Below, piece by piece: positions 9,468 through 18,543 of a DNA stretch of 58,619 nt (its first letter is position 1; the number at the start of each line of letters is the position of its first letter). Location of the stretch: the NCBI GenBank assembly GCA_016930555.1, contig JAFGGM010000071.1:1-58619 (forward strand), given 5' to 3'. This DNA comes from Candidatus Bathyarchaeum sp. (GTDB taxonomy: Archaea > Thermoproteota > Bathyarchaeia > Bathyarchaeales > Bathyarchaeaceae). Position numbers and translations under genes: made by a program. A model generated the notes under the pieces. It was not told where the DNA came from. It did not search any database and saw only the letters and a list, made by a program, of their open reading frames with translations.

Positions 9468-12071
9468 ATGAATGTGGTTTCTGAAAATTTGATCGTTAAT
9501 ATTGAGGAAGAAATTGCTGCCGATGGAAGATATACTGGTGGAAAAGGAGCTAACTTAGCTAAACTGTTCCATATCCTTGGAAAGGGTAACGTTCCGTATG
9601 CTGTGATGGTTACCACCGAATTCGCCAAGATATTGCTCAACGATCCTGAAATTGTAGACTTAGTAACAGAATTGGATGTTGTACTAGCTAAAGATGATGA
9701 AGCTGAAGCCAAGAAACTTGCAAAAAAAATAAGGGATATGATTGAGAACATAACGACACATCCAGAACTCATCGAGTTGCTAGAGAAAAAAATCGAAATA
9801 ATGAAGGAACGTGTTGGACGTAACAGAGTTGCAGTCAGAAGTTCTGGTATTACCGAAGACATGGCTACCGCCGCTTTTGCTGGACAATTCGAAACCTACC
9901 TTAACGTCAAACTGGAATCTTCTAGCGTTATCAAATACGTTTTAAAGTGTATTGCCTCAGCCTTTGGCTGGCGAGTTATTGACTACAGGCAAGATTTGCG
10001 TAAGAAGAAGATTCTAGACCTCTCAGAGGTTGATCTGCTTGAACAAGGTTTAATCTCTGTTGTTATCCAGACCATGATTGACTCAGAGAAATCTGGTGTG
10101 GCTTTCTCGATAGATCCAAACACTGGCAACCGTAATGTAGGCGTAATTCAGGCAGTTTATGGATTAGGAGAAATGATAGTTCAAGGAAAAGAAAGTGCAT
10201 CTTGGACTGGTTTTGTTAAAGAACCTAAAGTCCAACTTCTCGGAACCCTTCCAACTAAAAGCCCTCAAAAGGAAATGATGGTTTATGACGAGAAAACCAA
10301 GTCAAATCGTGATATTCCTGTTGGTTTACGTGACCCTCGAGTTATAACCTTGGATGAAGCGTATCAGGTTGCCAAGTATGTTACATCCATCGAAAAAAGC
10401 TATGGAAAGCCAATGGATGTAGAATACGCCGTCGAAAATGGTAAAGTCTTCATAACGCAGGCTAGACCAGAAACTGTTCACGCCACCAGAACAGTATTGA
10501 CTTTGTTCAAGCTCACAAAGAAGCCAAAAGAGGCTCCACTTTTCGTTGGTATCCCTGTTGGCACAAAAATTGCTTCGGGGGCCGTCTCTAAAGCAGAAAC
10601 TCCTGAAGAGGCAATGAAAGAGATTGTGGAATTCAACAAAAAGGGCATAAAACCGATGCTTGTCACTTCGATGACGACTCCTGACTGGGAAGTTGTCATG
10701 AGCCTCGAAAAAGTTTCTGCCCTAATCTGTGAAAGAGGTAACCGGACATCCCACGCTGCCATCGTCTCCAGAGAAAGGGGAATTCCATGTGCTGTTGGTG
10801 CTATTGGCATCCTCAGCTTAGAAGATGGAGAAAAAATTACCCTTGACTGTTCGACTGGTGAAGCGAATATTTACGCAGGTGAGATACCCTTCGAGATACA
10901 AGAGATTGAATTGAAGGAAATTCCTGACACAGTGACAAAAGTCTTGGTGAACATTGGCAGCCCTGATGAAGCCTTGCACATTAGTCAACTACCCTCTAAA
11001 GGTAGTTCTCTTGTCCGCATCGAATTCATTGTGTCAAATGCAGAATTGCATCCTGTGTTTGCTTTGAGAGCTGACCAGCTTGGTCCTGAACGCTGGGCTG
11101 ATGATGTTAAACAAAAATACCCTTTCATCACCTCTTTAACTCAAGAGTATATAAAAAGGCTGAAGACTGGTATAGCAATAATCGCTGGAGCCTTCAAACC
11201 TCGCAAGATTATTGTCCGTTTTTCAGATTTCAAAACTAACGAGTATGCATCTCTTCCCGGGGCTATATATTACGAAATCAAGTGTAAGTGTGGTACAAGC
11301 ATATCTCTAGGTCCTCATAAGAAATGTCCTCTCTGTGAGTCAACAGCTATCGAAGTTAATAAGGTCGAACTTGAATTCCAAGAAAATAATCCTATGATCG
11401 GATTCAGAGGAGCCTCAAGATATATTGATGATTTCTTCCGCGAGGCATACACGCTTGAACTTGAGGCCTTCACAGATGTACACAAACTAGGTTTAACAAA
11501 CGCAATCCCGATGATTCCCTTCATAAGAACGACTATTGAAGCAGAAAAAGTAACCAAACTAATCAAAAACGCCTTCAATAAAAAGGGCTTAAAGATACCT
11601 GACATCATCTTCATGGCTGAAGTTCCAAGCATCTGCATTATTCCCAAAATATTCTCTCAATACTGCGACGGCTTCAGTATAGGAAGCAACGACCTCACCC
11701 AACTAACCCTCGGCATTGACCGTGACAGCGAAAAAATCGCTTGGGAATTTGATGAATCCAACCCTGCCGTCATCAAATCCATAGAAATTCTATGTGAAGG
11801 AGCACATTCCATGACTCCGACAAGAACTGTGGGAATCTGCGGTCAAGCTCCAAGTGACTTGGGACGAAATTTCCTGAAATTCTTGACGATGCATCTAGAT
11901 TCAATTGGTGTCAACCCCGACAAAGTTGTTGAAACCTTGCTGTCAGTAAAAGAGATAGAGACAGAACTGATCGAAATTATCAAGAAAAACAATAAAGATG
12001 TTGCCAAAATAGCACAAGAACTGGGAATAATAGAAGCCAACGCCAATTATCTTATTAAAAAATTTACGTAA
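9468..12071 (+). CDS. ppsA: phosphoenolpyruvate synthase (pyruvate, water dikinase) family enzyme with a Cys-rich insertion in the PEP-utilizer domain
   Basis: 867 aa. YTGGKGANLAKL. Phosphohistidine swivel domain RTSHAAIVSRERGIPCAVG. C-terminal FSIGSNDLTQLTLG and NPMIGFRGASRY. Confidence 0.88.
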   Translation: MNVVSENLIVNIEEEIAADGRYTGGKGANLAKLFHILGKGNVPYAVMVTTEFAKILLNDPEIVDLVTELDVVLAKDDEAEAKKLAKKIRDMIENITTHPELIELLEKKIEIMKERVGRNRVAVRSSGITEDMATAAFAGQFETYLNVKLESSSVIKYVLKCIASAFGWRVIDYRQDLRKKKILDLSEVDLLEQGLISVVIQTMIDSEKSGVAFSIDPNTGNRNVGVIQAVYGLGEMIVQGKESASWTGFVKEPKVQLLGTLPTKSPQKEMMVYDEKTKSNRDIPVGLRDPRVITLDEAYQVAKYVTSIEKSYGKPMDVEYAVENGKVFITQARPETVHATRTVLTLFKLTKKPKEAPLFVGIPVGTKIASGAVSKAETPEEAMKEIVEFNKKGIKPMLVTSMTTPDWEVVMSLEKVSALICERGNRTSHAAIVSRERGIPCAVGAIGILSLEDGEKITLDCSTGEANIYAGEIPFEIQEIELKEIPDTVTKVLVNIGSPDEALHISQLPSKGSSLVRIEFIVSNAELHPVFALRADQLGPERWADDVKQKYPFITSLTQEYIKRLKTGIAIIAGAFKPRKIIVRFSDFKTNEYASLPGAIYYEIKCKCGTSISLGPHKKCPLCESTAIEVNKVELEFQENNPMIGFRGASRYIDDFFREAYTLELEAFTDVHKLGLTNAIPMIPFIRTTIEAEKVTKLIKNAFNKKGLKIPDIIFMAEVPSICIIPKIFSQYCDGFSIGSNDLTQLTLGIDRDSEKIAWEFDESNPAVIKSIEILCEGAHSMTPTRTVGICGQAPSDLGRNFLKFLTMHLDSIGVNPDKVVETLLSVKEIETELIEIIKKNNKDVAKIAQELGIIEANANYLIKKFT

Positions 12072-12166
12072 GCAGCTTGAAGATTAAAAAGACATGATTG
12101 CCCCTTTTGTGGTGTGGTACGAAAGGCAACTTTGGGTTGCATCTGATGCAATGCCGTAGATGAAAA

Positions 12167-13174
12167 ATGATGCACTTCAATCTTGAAGAGACGCGACTGA
12201 AAGAAGAAATTAAGAAGCGAAAGCCTAAAATCGTGTTCTTGCAGCTTCCAGAAGGACTAAAACCTGCTGCTCCACACCTTGCCTCTATTGTTGAGGAAGC
12301 TGGAGCACTGCCAATCGTCTCATCTGATCCATGTTATGGCGCCTGTGATCTGCCAATTTCTGAAGCAAAACTGTTGGATGCTGACCTAATAGTTCATTAC
12401 GGGCACACCCCCATGACCCTAAACAATGAGCTGCCCGTCGTATATGTTGAGGCAAAGGCAAAAATTAACATCAAAGAAGCCCTGGCAAAAGCTTTGCCTT
12501 TTCTTGAATCTTGGAACAAAATTGGTTTGGTGACAACAATTCAGCATATCCATAAATTCGATGAAGCAAAAAAAATTCTTAAGGCAGCAGGAAAAACCGT
12601 GTTTGTGGGAAACGCTGATTCCACTAAGCATCCGGGGCAGGTGACTGGATGCGATTTTGGTAATGCCCAAGCTGTTTCAGAAGATGTTGAGGCGTTTCTT
12701 TTCGTTGGCGGCGGTAGATTTCATGCCATTGGTGTAGCTTTAACTACGGGAAAACCCACGATAATTGCTGACCCTTACGAAGAATTGGCGTCTCCTATCA
12801 ACGATGACGCCCGAAGAGTAATAATGCAACGTTGGGGCAACATATCGGAAGCAAAAGAGGCAAAGAACTTTGGTATCTTGATTAGCTTAAAAACTGGGCA
12901 GATGCACCTGAGGGATGCACTGGAAATTAAGGAAAAACTCGAAAGAAATAGGCGGAAGGCTACATTGCTTGCCCTTAGAGAGGTTACACCAAATGCCCTC
13001 ATGCAGTTTCCCAGTTTAGATGCCTTTGTAAACACTGCTTGCCCTCGCCTTTCCTTAGATGATGCACCCAATTATAGTAAACCTCTTTTGTATCTTAATG
13101 AAGCACTTGTATTGCTAGGAGAAATGACATGGGAGGAAATGCTCAGAAGAGGCTGGTTCGGAAACGCGACCTAG
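12167..13174 (+). CDS. dph2: diphthamide synthesis protein Dph2 (2-(3-amino-3-carboxypropyl)histidine synthase)
   Basis: 335 aa. IVFLQLPEGLK. Three conserved Cys contexts: SSDPCYGACD, VTGCDFG, VNTACPR. Confidence 0.9.
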   Translation: MMHFNLEETRLKEEIKKRKPKIVFLQLPEGLKPAAPHLASIVEEAGALPIVSSDPCYGACDLPISEAKLLDADLIVHYGHTPMTLNNELPVVYVEAKAKINIKEALAKALPFLESWNKIGLVTTIQHIHKFDEAKKILKAAGKTVFVGNADSTKHPGQVTGCDFGNAQAVSEDVEAFLFVGGGRFHAIGVALTTGKPTIIADPYEELASPINDDARRVIMQRWGNISEAKEAKNFGILISLKTGQMHLRDALEIKEKLERNRRKATLLALREVTPNALMQFPSLDAFVNTACPRLSLDDAPNYSKPLLYLNEALVLLGEMTWEEMLRRGWFGNAT

Positions 13175-13785
13175 AGCGGATACTATCACAGATTGAACCA
13201 CATCCAACGCCCAAAGCTTACCTTGAACAATACACCACGCCCTCAAACGTTGCAGCAGAAACCCTATACCTCGCAGCATACGTTAACGACGATATCATCG
13301 ACAAGACTGTTATCGAGCTAGGCTGCGGCACGGGAAGATTAGCCATAGGTGCCGCTCTATTAGGAGCAAAAGAGGTTGTCGGCGTCGATCTGGAGGGGGT
13401 TTCGGTGAGTGTGGCACAAAAAAATGCAGAGAAAATCGGTGTGAAAGAAAAAATGCATTGGATTACAGCAGACATTAATGTTATCAACGGTGCTTTTGAT
13501 ACTGTCCTGCAGAATCCTCCCTTTGGGGTTCAACGAAAAAGAGCGGATAGACGGTTCATCAACAAATCCTTAGAGTTGGGTAGTATCATTTACTCTTTTC
13601 ACAAAGCAGGAGAAAGCAACCGTAAATTTATCAAAAGGTTTATTGAGGAGCACGGGGGAAAAATATCTACCATATTTCCTCTGGAAATGGAAATTCCGAG
13701 GATGTTCAAATTTCACACAAAGAAAAAAAAGATTATTCAAGTTGATTTGTATAGAATAGAAGGGAAAGTTTATGACAGAATCTGA
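13129..13785 (+). CDS. SAM-dependent N6-adenine methyltransferase, METTL5-like
   Basis: 218 aa. LEQYTTP, motif I IELGCGTGRLAIGAALLGA, motif IV LQNPPFG. Overlaps dph2 by 46 nt (only ATG available). Confidence 0.8.
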   Translation: MGGNAQKRLVRKRDLERILSQIEPHPTPKAYLEQYTTPSNVAAETLYLAAYVNDDIIDKTVIELGCGTGRLAIGAALLGAKEVVGVDLEGVSVSVAQKNAEKIGVKEKMHWITADINVINGAFDTVLQNPPFGVQRKRADRRFINKSLELGSIIYSFHKAGESNRKFIKRFIEEHGGKISTIFPLEMEIPRMFKFHTKKKKIIQVDLYRIEGKVYDRI

Positions 13786-14371
13786 AAGAAAGAGTGGTCT
13801 CTTCGTTATTCCTGGAGACCGTTTAGGCGTTATAGAAGAGTTTACATCTGGACCCGGAACCTACGTGGAGGATGGAATTATTCATGCACAAGTAACTGGA
13901 CGCACTCTATTGGACATGCTAAACAGGCAAGTCTCAGTTTATCCCATTGTTGAGGCAGCAACTGTTCCGCAGGTTGGAAGCGTAGTCACTGGAATGGCTA
14001 CAGATGTGAGAAACAAGAATGCTATCTTGCACATTTTCAAGATTGGGGACAAAAATCTTTCCGGAGCTTTCAAAGGCGCCTTACACATTTCGGGCGTCAG
14101 TCACGGATATGTAGACAACATGTATGATGTCTGCAAATCAGGTGATATCGTTAGGGCTAAAGTTATCAGTACCGCAAACAGGTCCATCTTTCTGTCGACA
14201 GTGGACAAAGATTTAGGAGTACTACAAGCCCTATGTTCAATGTGTGGAAACCTGTTGGAACCGGCAAATCGTGGAATGAACTGCCCTAACTGCGGAAACT
14301 TTGAGAGACGGAAAATGGCTCCTGATTATGGAAAAGATAAAACTCGTGAGGGAGAAGGAAATGAAAATTAA
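13772..14371 (+). CDS. csl4: exosome complex RNA-binding subunit Csl4
   Basis: 199 aa. VIPGDRLGVIEEFTSGPGTYVEDG, S1 domain, zinc ribbon CSMCG-x12-CPNCG. Confidence 0.88.
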   Translation: MTESERKSGLFVIPGDRLGVIEEFTSGPGTYVEDGIIHAQVTGRTLLDMLNRQVSVYPIVEAATVPQVGSVVTGMATDVRNKNAILHIFKIGDKNLSGAFKGALHISGVSHGYVDNMYDVCKSGDIVRAKVISTANRSIFLSTVDKDLGVLQALCSMCGNLLEPANRGMNCPNCGNFERRKMAPDYGKDKTREGEGNEN

Positions 14372-14654
14372 GGTTTTGAGACGGACAGATAATGAACTGA
14401 AGCTTGAAATAGAAGGAGAGGGGCATTCACTTCTGAATCTTCTACAGAAAGCTCTTTTGGAAGATGACAACATTGCAATGGCTGGTTACGACGTGCCGCA
14501 TCCCCTGTTTGACCGCGGGATACTGTATGTTCAAACAAAGGATAAACAGAATCCAGAAGATATACTAAAAGAAGCGGTGAAAAAAGTTCAAGCCCTCAAC
14601 AAAGACTTTGACAAATCCTTCAAGAAAGCATCTAAAGCGTATAAAGAGCAATAA
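14361..14654 (+). CDS. rpoL: DNA-directed RNA polymerase subunit Rpo11 (RpoL)
   Basis: MKIKVLRRTDNELKLEIEGEGHSLLNLLQKALLEDDNIAMAGYDVPHPL. ATG 14361 preceded by GAGGGAGAAGGAA. The track ORF from 14301 is an upstream extension. Confidence 0.88.
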   Translation: MKIKVLRRTDNELKLEIEGEGHSLLNLLQKALLEDDNIAMAGYDVPHPLFDRGILYVQTKDKQNPEDILKEAVKKVQALNKDFDKSFKKASKAYKEQ

Positions 14655-14671
14655 GCAATCTTTTGGCTGTT

Positions 14672-15064
14672 TCACAGTTCAGTTTTGCTCTTTGCAGCTA
14701 AGAGAAGGACACTGAATGCTTCAATAGTGTCTTCGTTTTGCTCCAAGATTTCTAGTGCCTCCTTCATCGTCATTGAGCCCCTTAACCATGGGTATACAAT
14801 CAAGGCCTCGGCGGCGTCCGCCTGTTTATGGCAGTCAATTCTTGATGGCAAAAATTCTCTTAATCCAGCCTTTTTGAAGGCATCAGCAAGCAAACGACCT
14901 TGAACTTTTGTTCCAGCAGGCTCTCCTTTCTTCTTGGATAGCGCCATGGAATAGAGAAAATTTACGTATGCATCTCCCAGTTTGGCGAGCTTCTGGTCCA
15001 TGAGAACTCCGCTGAGGCTTTTGTGTTGTGGTATGAATGTAAACATGCTGCTTCCCTCTAACAT
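14672..15064 (-). CDS. RNase III-domain-like protein (single catalytic-type domain, no dsRBD)
   Basis: 130 aa. QKLAKLGDAYVNFLYS resembles the RNase III signature E-x-L-E-x-LGD, and HKQADAAEALIVY the second acidic motif. An alternative start ATG 15046 has GAGGGA upstream. Confidence 0.5.
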   Translation of the reverse strand: MLEGSSMFTFIPQHKSLSGVLMDQKLAKLGDAYVNFLYSMALSKKKGEPAGTKVQGRLLADAFKKAGLREFLPSRIDCHKQADAAEALIVYPWLRGSMTMKEALEILEQNEDTIEAFSVLLLAAKSKTEL

Positions 15065-15132
15065 TTTGTATAGCTTTGACCTATTAAGGGGTGAATAAGA
15101 TTTAAAGGCTAAGTGACCTGATTGGAAGACGA

Positions 15133-15738
15133 ATGGTTTTGTCTCCCAAAAGATTTCGTTCCATAAAATCTGAGATTCGAGTGCTGGGTATTGATGATGG
15201 AGGTTTTGTTCCCCGCACTAAAGGAACAGTGGATGTTGTGGGAGTCGTCTATCGGGGAGGTCAATGGTTTGAAGGCGTAATGAAAACAAAGATAACCCTT
15301 GACGGATTGGACGCTACAGAAAAAATGGCCACAATGATCAAGGAATCTTCTTTATGTGGGGAAATTCGGGTCATCGTCCTAGACGGCGTCACTTTTGCTG
15401 GCTTCAACGTGGTGGACATCAGTGAACTCTCAAGCAGACTGAACTTGCCCGTAATTTCGGTGGTGCGAGAAAAACCTGATTTAGAGAAAATAAAAAACGC
15501 TCTTAAGAACCTACCATATTTTGAAGTCAGATGGCAAGCCATGGAGAATGCTGGGGAACTATTCACGGTTGAGACCAAAGAGGGAGAAAACCCTATTTAC
15601 ATTCACACAGCAGGCATTCTGTGGGAGGATGCCGAAAAGGTTATGAGGGTAACATCTACACGTAGTCTAATCCCTGAGGCTTTGCGGGTAGCACATATCA
15701 TAGCTTCAGGATTAAGCCGTTCAAGTGAAAACATTTAA
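15133..15738 (+). CDS. DUF99/UPF0215 family protein
   Basis: 201 aa. IRVLGIDDGGF ... VVGVVYRGGQWFEGV ... VIVLDGVTFAGFNVVD are typical of DUF99. Confidence 0.75.
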   Translation: MVLSPKRFRSIKSEIRVLGIDDGGFVPRTKGTVDVVGVVYRGGQWFEGVMKTKITLDGLDATEKMATMIKESSLCGEIRVIVLDGVTFAGFNVVDISELSSRLNLPVISVVREKPDLEKIKNALKNLPYFEVRWQAMENAGELFTVETKEGENPIYIHTAGILWEDAEKVMRVTSTRSLIPEALRVAHIIASGLSRSSENI

Positions 15739-15784
15739 AAGAGTAAATCGCAACGGAATTTGCGCAGAAATTGTGGTGAATGAT

Positions 15785-16132
15785 ATGGAATTCTGTCCGA
15801 AATGTGGTATGCGTCTGGTTATAACTAGCAAGAAAAAAGGAAAAAAGGCTGATTTTTATCTTTCATGCCCAAAATGCAGCTATAAGAAGCAGATTGATGA
15901 CAAACCGCCTGTTAACCACAAAACCATAGAACGTTCCCCCCAAGAATCCATAGCCATTATTGGAAAAGAGGAACAGAAACTGCGCACTTTACCCACAGTC
16001 AGGATAGAATGCCCGAAATGTGGCAACAACACAGCCTACGCCTGGCAAGTCCAAACAAGAGGCACGGACGAGTCATCGACACAGTTTTTCAGATGCACAA
16101 AATGTAACTACACCTTCCGCGAATACAGCTAA
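15785..16132 (+). CDS. tfs: transcription factor S (TFS; TFIIS/RpoM-type cleavage factor)
   Basis: N-terminal ribbon FCPKCG ... SCPKCS. C-terminal ribbon ECPKCGNNTAYAWQVQTRGTDESSTQFFRCTKC with the acidic DE hairpin. ATG 15785 preferred over GTG 15725. Confidence 0.88.
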   Translation: MEFCPKCGMRLVITSKKKGKKADFYLSCPKCSYKKQIDDKPPVNHKTIERSPQESIAIIGKEEQKLRTLPTVRIECPKCGNNTAYAWQVQTRGTDESSTQFFRCTKCNYTFREYS

Positions 16133-16237
16133 AAACACCAAATTAGCAAAAGCATCCTTTCCGTATGCTGGTTCAATAAGTAATCAAACAGCTTAAATCT
16201 GAGGTAGCTTAAACATACTGCTAACGGAGATTTGATA

Positions 16238-16993
16238 ATGTTCAAGGCAAAAATGGCTGACGCAAAAGTTTTGAAAGACATGATGGGCGCCATTTCGATA
16301 CTCGTGGACGAAGCAACCTTTGATCTCACTCCAGAAGGAATAACACTTCGTGCCATGGACCCCTCACGGGTAGCCATGGTCGATTTTGAGTGGCCAAAAA
16401 CAGTGTTCGACGAGTATTCCTGCAGTGAAACTATGAAGATGTGCATCAACATAAGTGAAATGTTGAAACTGCTTAGGAGAACAGGAAAAGACGAGTCTGT
16501 TGAATTGTCTCTGGATGAAAAGAGTGGCAAACTGAAGATTTCGATTAGAGGAAACTATTCTCGAACCTTCAATATGCCTACTTTGGAGGCTATGGATGAG
16601 GAGGTTCCAACTCCTAAAGTCAACTTTAATGTGAAGGCGAAGACAACGACGCAGGGATTACGGGAGGCTATAGAGGATGCGTCTCTAGTAAGTGATCATG
16701 TTCGAATCGAGGCAGACCAAGAGAAGATGATTATGAATGCTTCAGGCGACATTATGGGGGCAAGAATCGAGTTTAAGGCAGGAGACGATGTGCTCTTGGA
16801 GATGACAGCGAAGGAGGCTTCTAAGGCCACTTTCAGCTTAAGTTATCTGTCAGAGATAGTTAAGGCGGCTGTGCCCACCTCAGAAATCGTTGTTATAGAG
16901 TTTTCAACAGATATGCCAATTAAGTTGGATTTCCAGCAAGACAAAGATGGACAACTGAAGTTCTTCTTGGCTCCAAGAATAGAAGTTGAATAA
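16238..16993 (+). CDS. pcn: DNA polymerase sliding clamp PCNA
   Basis: MFKAKMADAKVLKDMMGAISILVDEATFDLTPEGITLRAMDPSRVAMVDF. About 250 aa. C-terminal LKFFLAPRIE. Confidence 0.92.
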   Translation: MFKAKMADAKVLKDMMGAISILVDEATFDLTPEGITLRAMDPSRVAMVDFEWPKTVFDEYSCSETMKMCINISEMLKLLRRTGKDESVELSLDEKSGKLKISIRGNYSRTFNMPTLEAMDEEVPTPKVNFNVKAKTTTQGLREAIEDASLVSDHVRIEADQEKMIMNASGDIMGARIEFKAGDDVLLEMTAKEASKATFSLSYLSEIVKAAVPTSEIVVIEFSTDMPIKLDFQQDKDGQLKFFLAPRIEVE

Positions 16994-18080
16994 AAGTATA
17001 GTGGAGGTTAAGCAGGTACTCACTGCTTACGACCGAGCAAAATATCCTTTCATGAAAGAGGCTGCTGAGCACGTAAGAGGCATAGGAATAGAATTTAACG
17101 AATTAGAACAAGATAGTGAATTTTATCGTCCATTCCTTGACCGAGCTGAGAAACGTGTTGAAAACGCATTGCGAGATGTATCTTCATATGCAAAAATTAA
17201 GCCAGCAAATGAAATGAGTGACGGCGAGAAGGAAATTGAAACTTTCTCTTTCCCCCTAGCAGTAATGTTGACTGTTGGAACTGAAGACTCTTTCATCAAA
17301 AGCAGATTTGCATTAGCCGAAGCAAAACGTGCTTCTGCCTTACTAAAAGGTGAAGAGAAAGAAACGTTGCTGCATGTCGCCAACAACTTTGACTGGAACG
17401 TTGAAGACTTCGGTTTAGAACCTTATGTCTTTGCTGTCAGTTTTCCGGTTTTCTTGAAGACTGCAACGGGCTTTCACGATAAGCGTTGGAAGCTTGTGAA
17501 CCAGAAGATGGTTGATGGAAAAGTTTACCTTACAAAACAAAAAGCAAGCCGTTTGCTGGAAGAGGAAGTACGCAAATATGTTGAGAGTAGGCTTGACACG
17601 AAAATCAAGTATCTTCCTCCCAGCATTATGGCTCGGGTAATGCGGTTGAGGCAGTTGGCTGCAGAGAAACAGGAACAGATTAAGCGGGAAGAGATGCCTG
17701 ATCGTGTGGTGATGGAAGCTTTTCCTACATGTATTAAGGGAGTTTATGAACGGGTTTCGGCTGGTCGTCCTGCTTCTCACATTGGCAGATTCGCTTTGAC
17801 TTCCTTCATGCTAAACATTGGAATGAGTGAAGAGGATGTTTTCAAGTTTTTCCGCTCCGTTTCTGACTTCAACGAGCGAATGACGCGCTATCAAGTGGAA
17901 CATATAGGCGGAACTAGGGGCTCAGGAACAAAATACACTCCCCCAAACTGTTCCACATTACGCACTCACGGCATCTGCATTTCGCCAGAACCTGAATGTA
18001 ATGGAGCGGTTAATCCGCTGGTTTGCTATAAACGAAAACTCGAGAAGTTGCCTGAAGAGTCGCCAAATGAGGAAAAGTAA
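16986..18080 (+). CDS. priL: DNA primase large (regulatory) subunit PriL
   Basis: 364 aa, TTG start overlapping the pcn stop. Fe-S cluster cysteines FPTCI and YTPPNCSTLRTHGICISPEPEC. Confidence 0.88.
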   Translation: MNKSIVEVKQVLTAYDRAKYPFMKEAAEHVRGIGIEFNELEQDSEFYRPFLDRAEKRVENALRDVSSYAKIKPANEMSDGEKEIETFSFPLAVMLTVGTEDSFIKSRFALAEAKRASALLKGEEKETLLHVANNFDWNVEDFGLEPYVFAVSFPVFLKTATGFHDKRWKLVNQKMVDGKVYLTKQKASRLLEEEVRKYVESRLDTKIKYLPPSIMARVMRLRQLAAEKQEQIKREEMPDRVVMEAFPTCIKGVYERVSAGRPASHIGRFALTSFMLNIGMSEEDVFKFFRSVSDFNERMTRYQVEHIGGTRGSGTKYTPPNCSTLRTHGICISPEPECNGAVNPLVCYKRKLEKLPEESPNEEK

Positions 18081-18206
18081 TGTTTGGTTAGCCTGTTTCT
18101 AGCCTTTAACTGGGTGATTTAGTCTTCTTCATATTCTTCTTGTGCTAGTTCTACTGATGCTGTTTCTTCATGTTCTTTTCTTTCGAGGCCAAGCTTCTTT
18201 TTCTTT

Positions 18207-18368
18207 TCAATTTTTTTCTCTTCCCTGCATGAAACTATATTCTGCTTCAGTTATCTCGTCGTTCTCTAGCATCTCTTCTAGATGTTTATCATCATAAATG
18301 TCGGTGGTCTCGGTTTCAGTTTTTTCTTCCTCTTCTTCGCGGGTACGTTCACTTTTTTCTTTTCTCAT
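18207..18368 (-). CDS. small acidic hypothetical protein (53 aa as written)
   Basis: MRKEKSERTREEEEEKTETETTDIYDDKHLEEMLENDEITEAEYSFMQGREKN-stop. Below the 60-aa track cutoff. Reading frame ends just after an A7 run. Low-complexity E/K composition weakens the call. Confidence 0.3.
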   Translation of the reverse strand: MRKEKSERTREEEEEKTETETTDIYDDKHLEEMLENDEITEAEYSFMQGREKN

Positions 18369-18543
18369 ATTTCCTCAAAAGTACTAGCTTGCCTGTTTCA
18401 TATAAAACCATTCGAAATCCGTTATATTGAAGCCAGAAAATTTGCTATCGAGCCCCTTTGGCTTAAGATTGACGCTAATCGTTTTAAATTTGTTTCTGCT
18501 CTATTATATCCAAACAGCATAACAAATATTGGCGGAATATTTC

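Noticed and set aside
9449-9862. 137-aa minus-strand ORF (Ser/Ile-rich)
   Set aside because: It is antisense to the N-terminus of ppsA, whose frame carries unmistakable motifs. Low-complexity translation.
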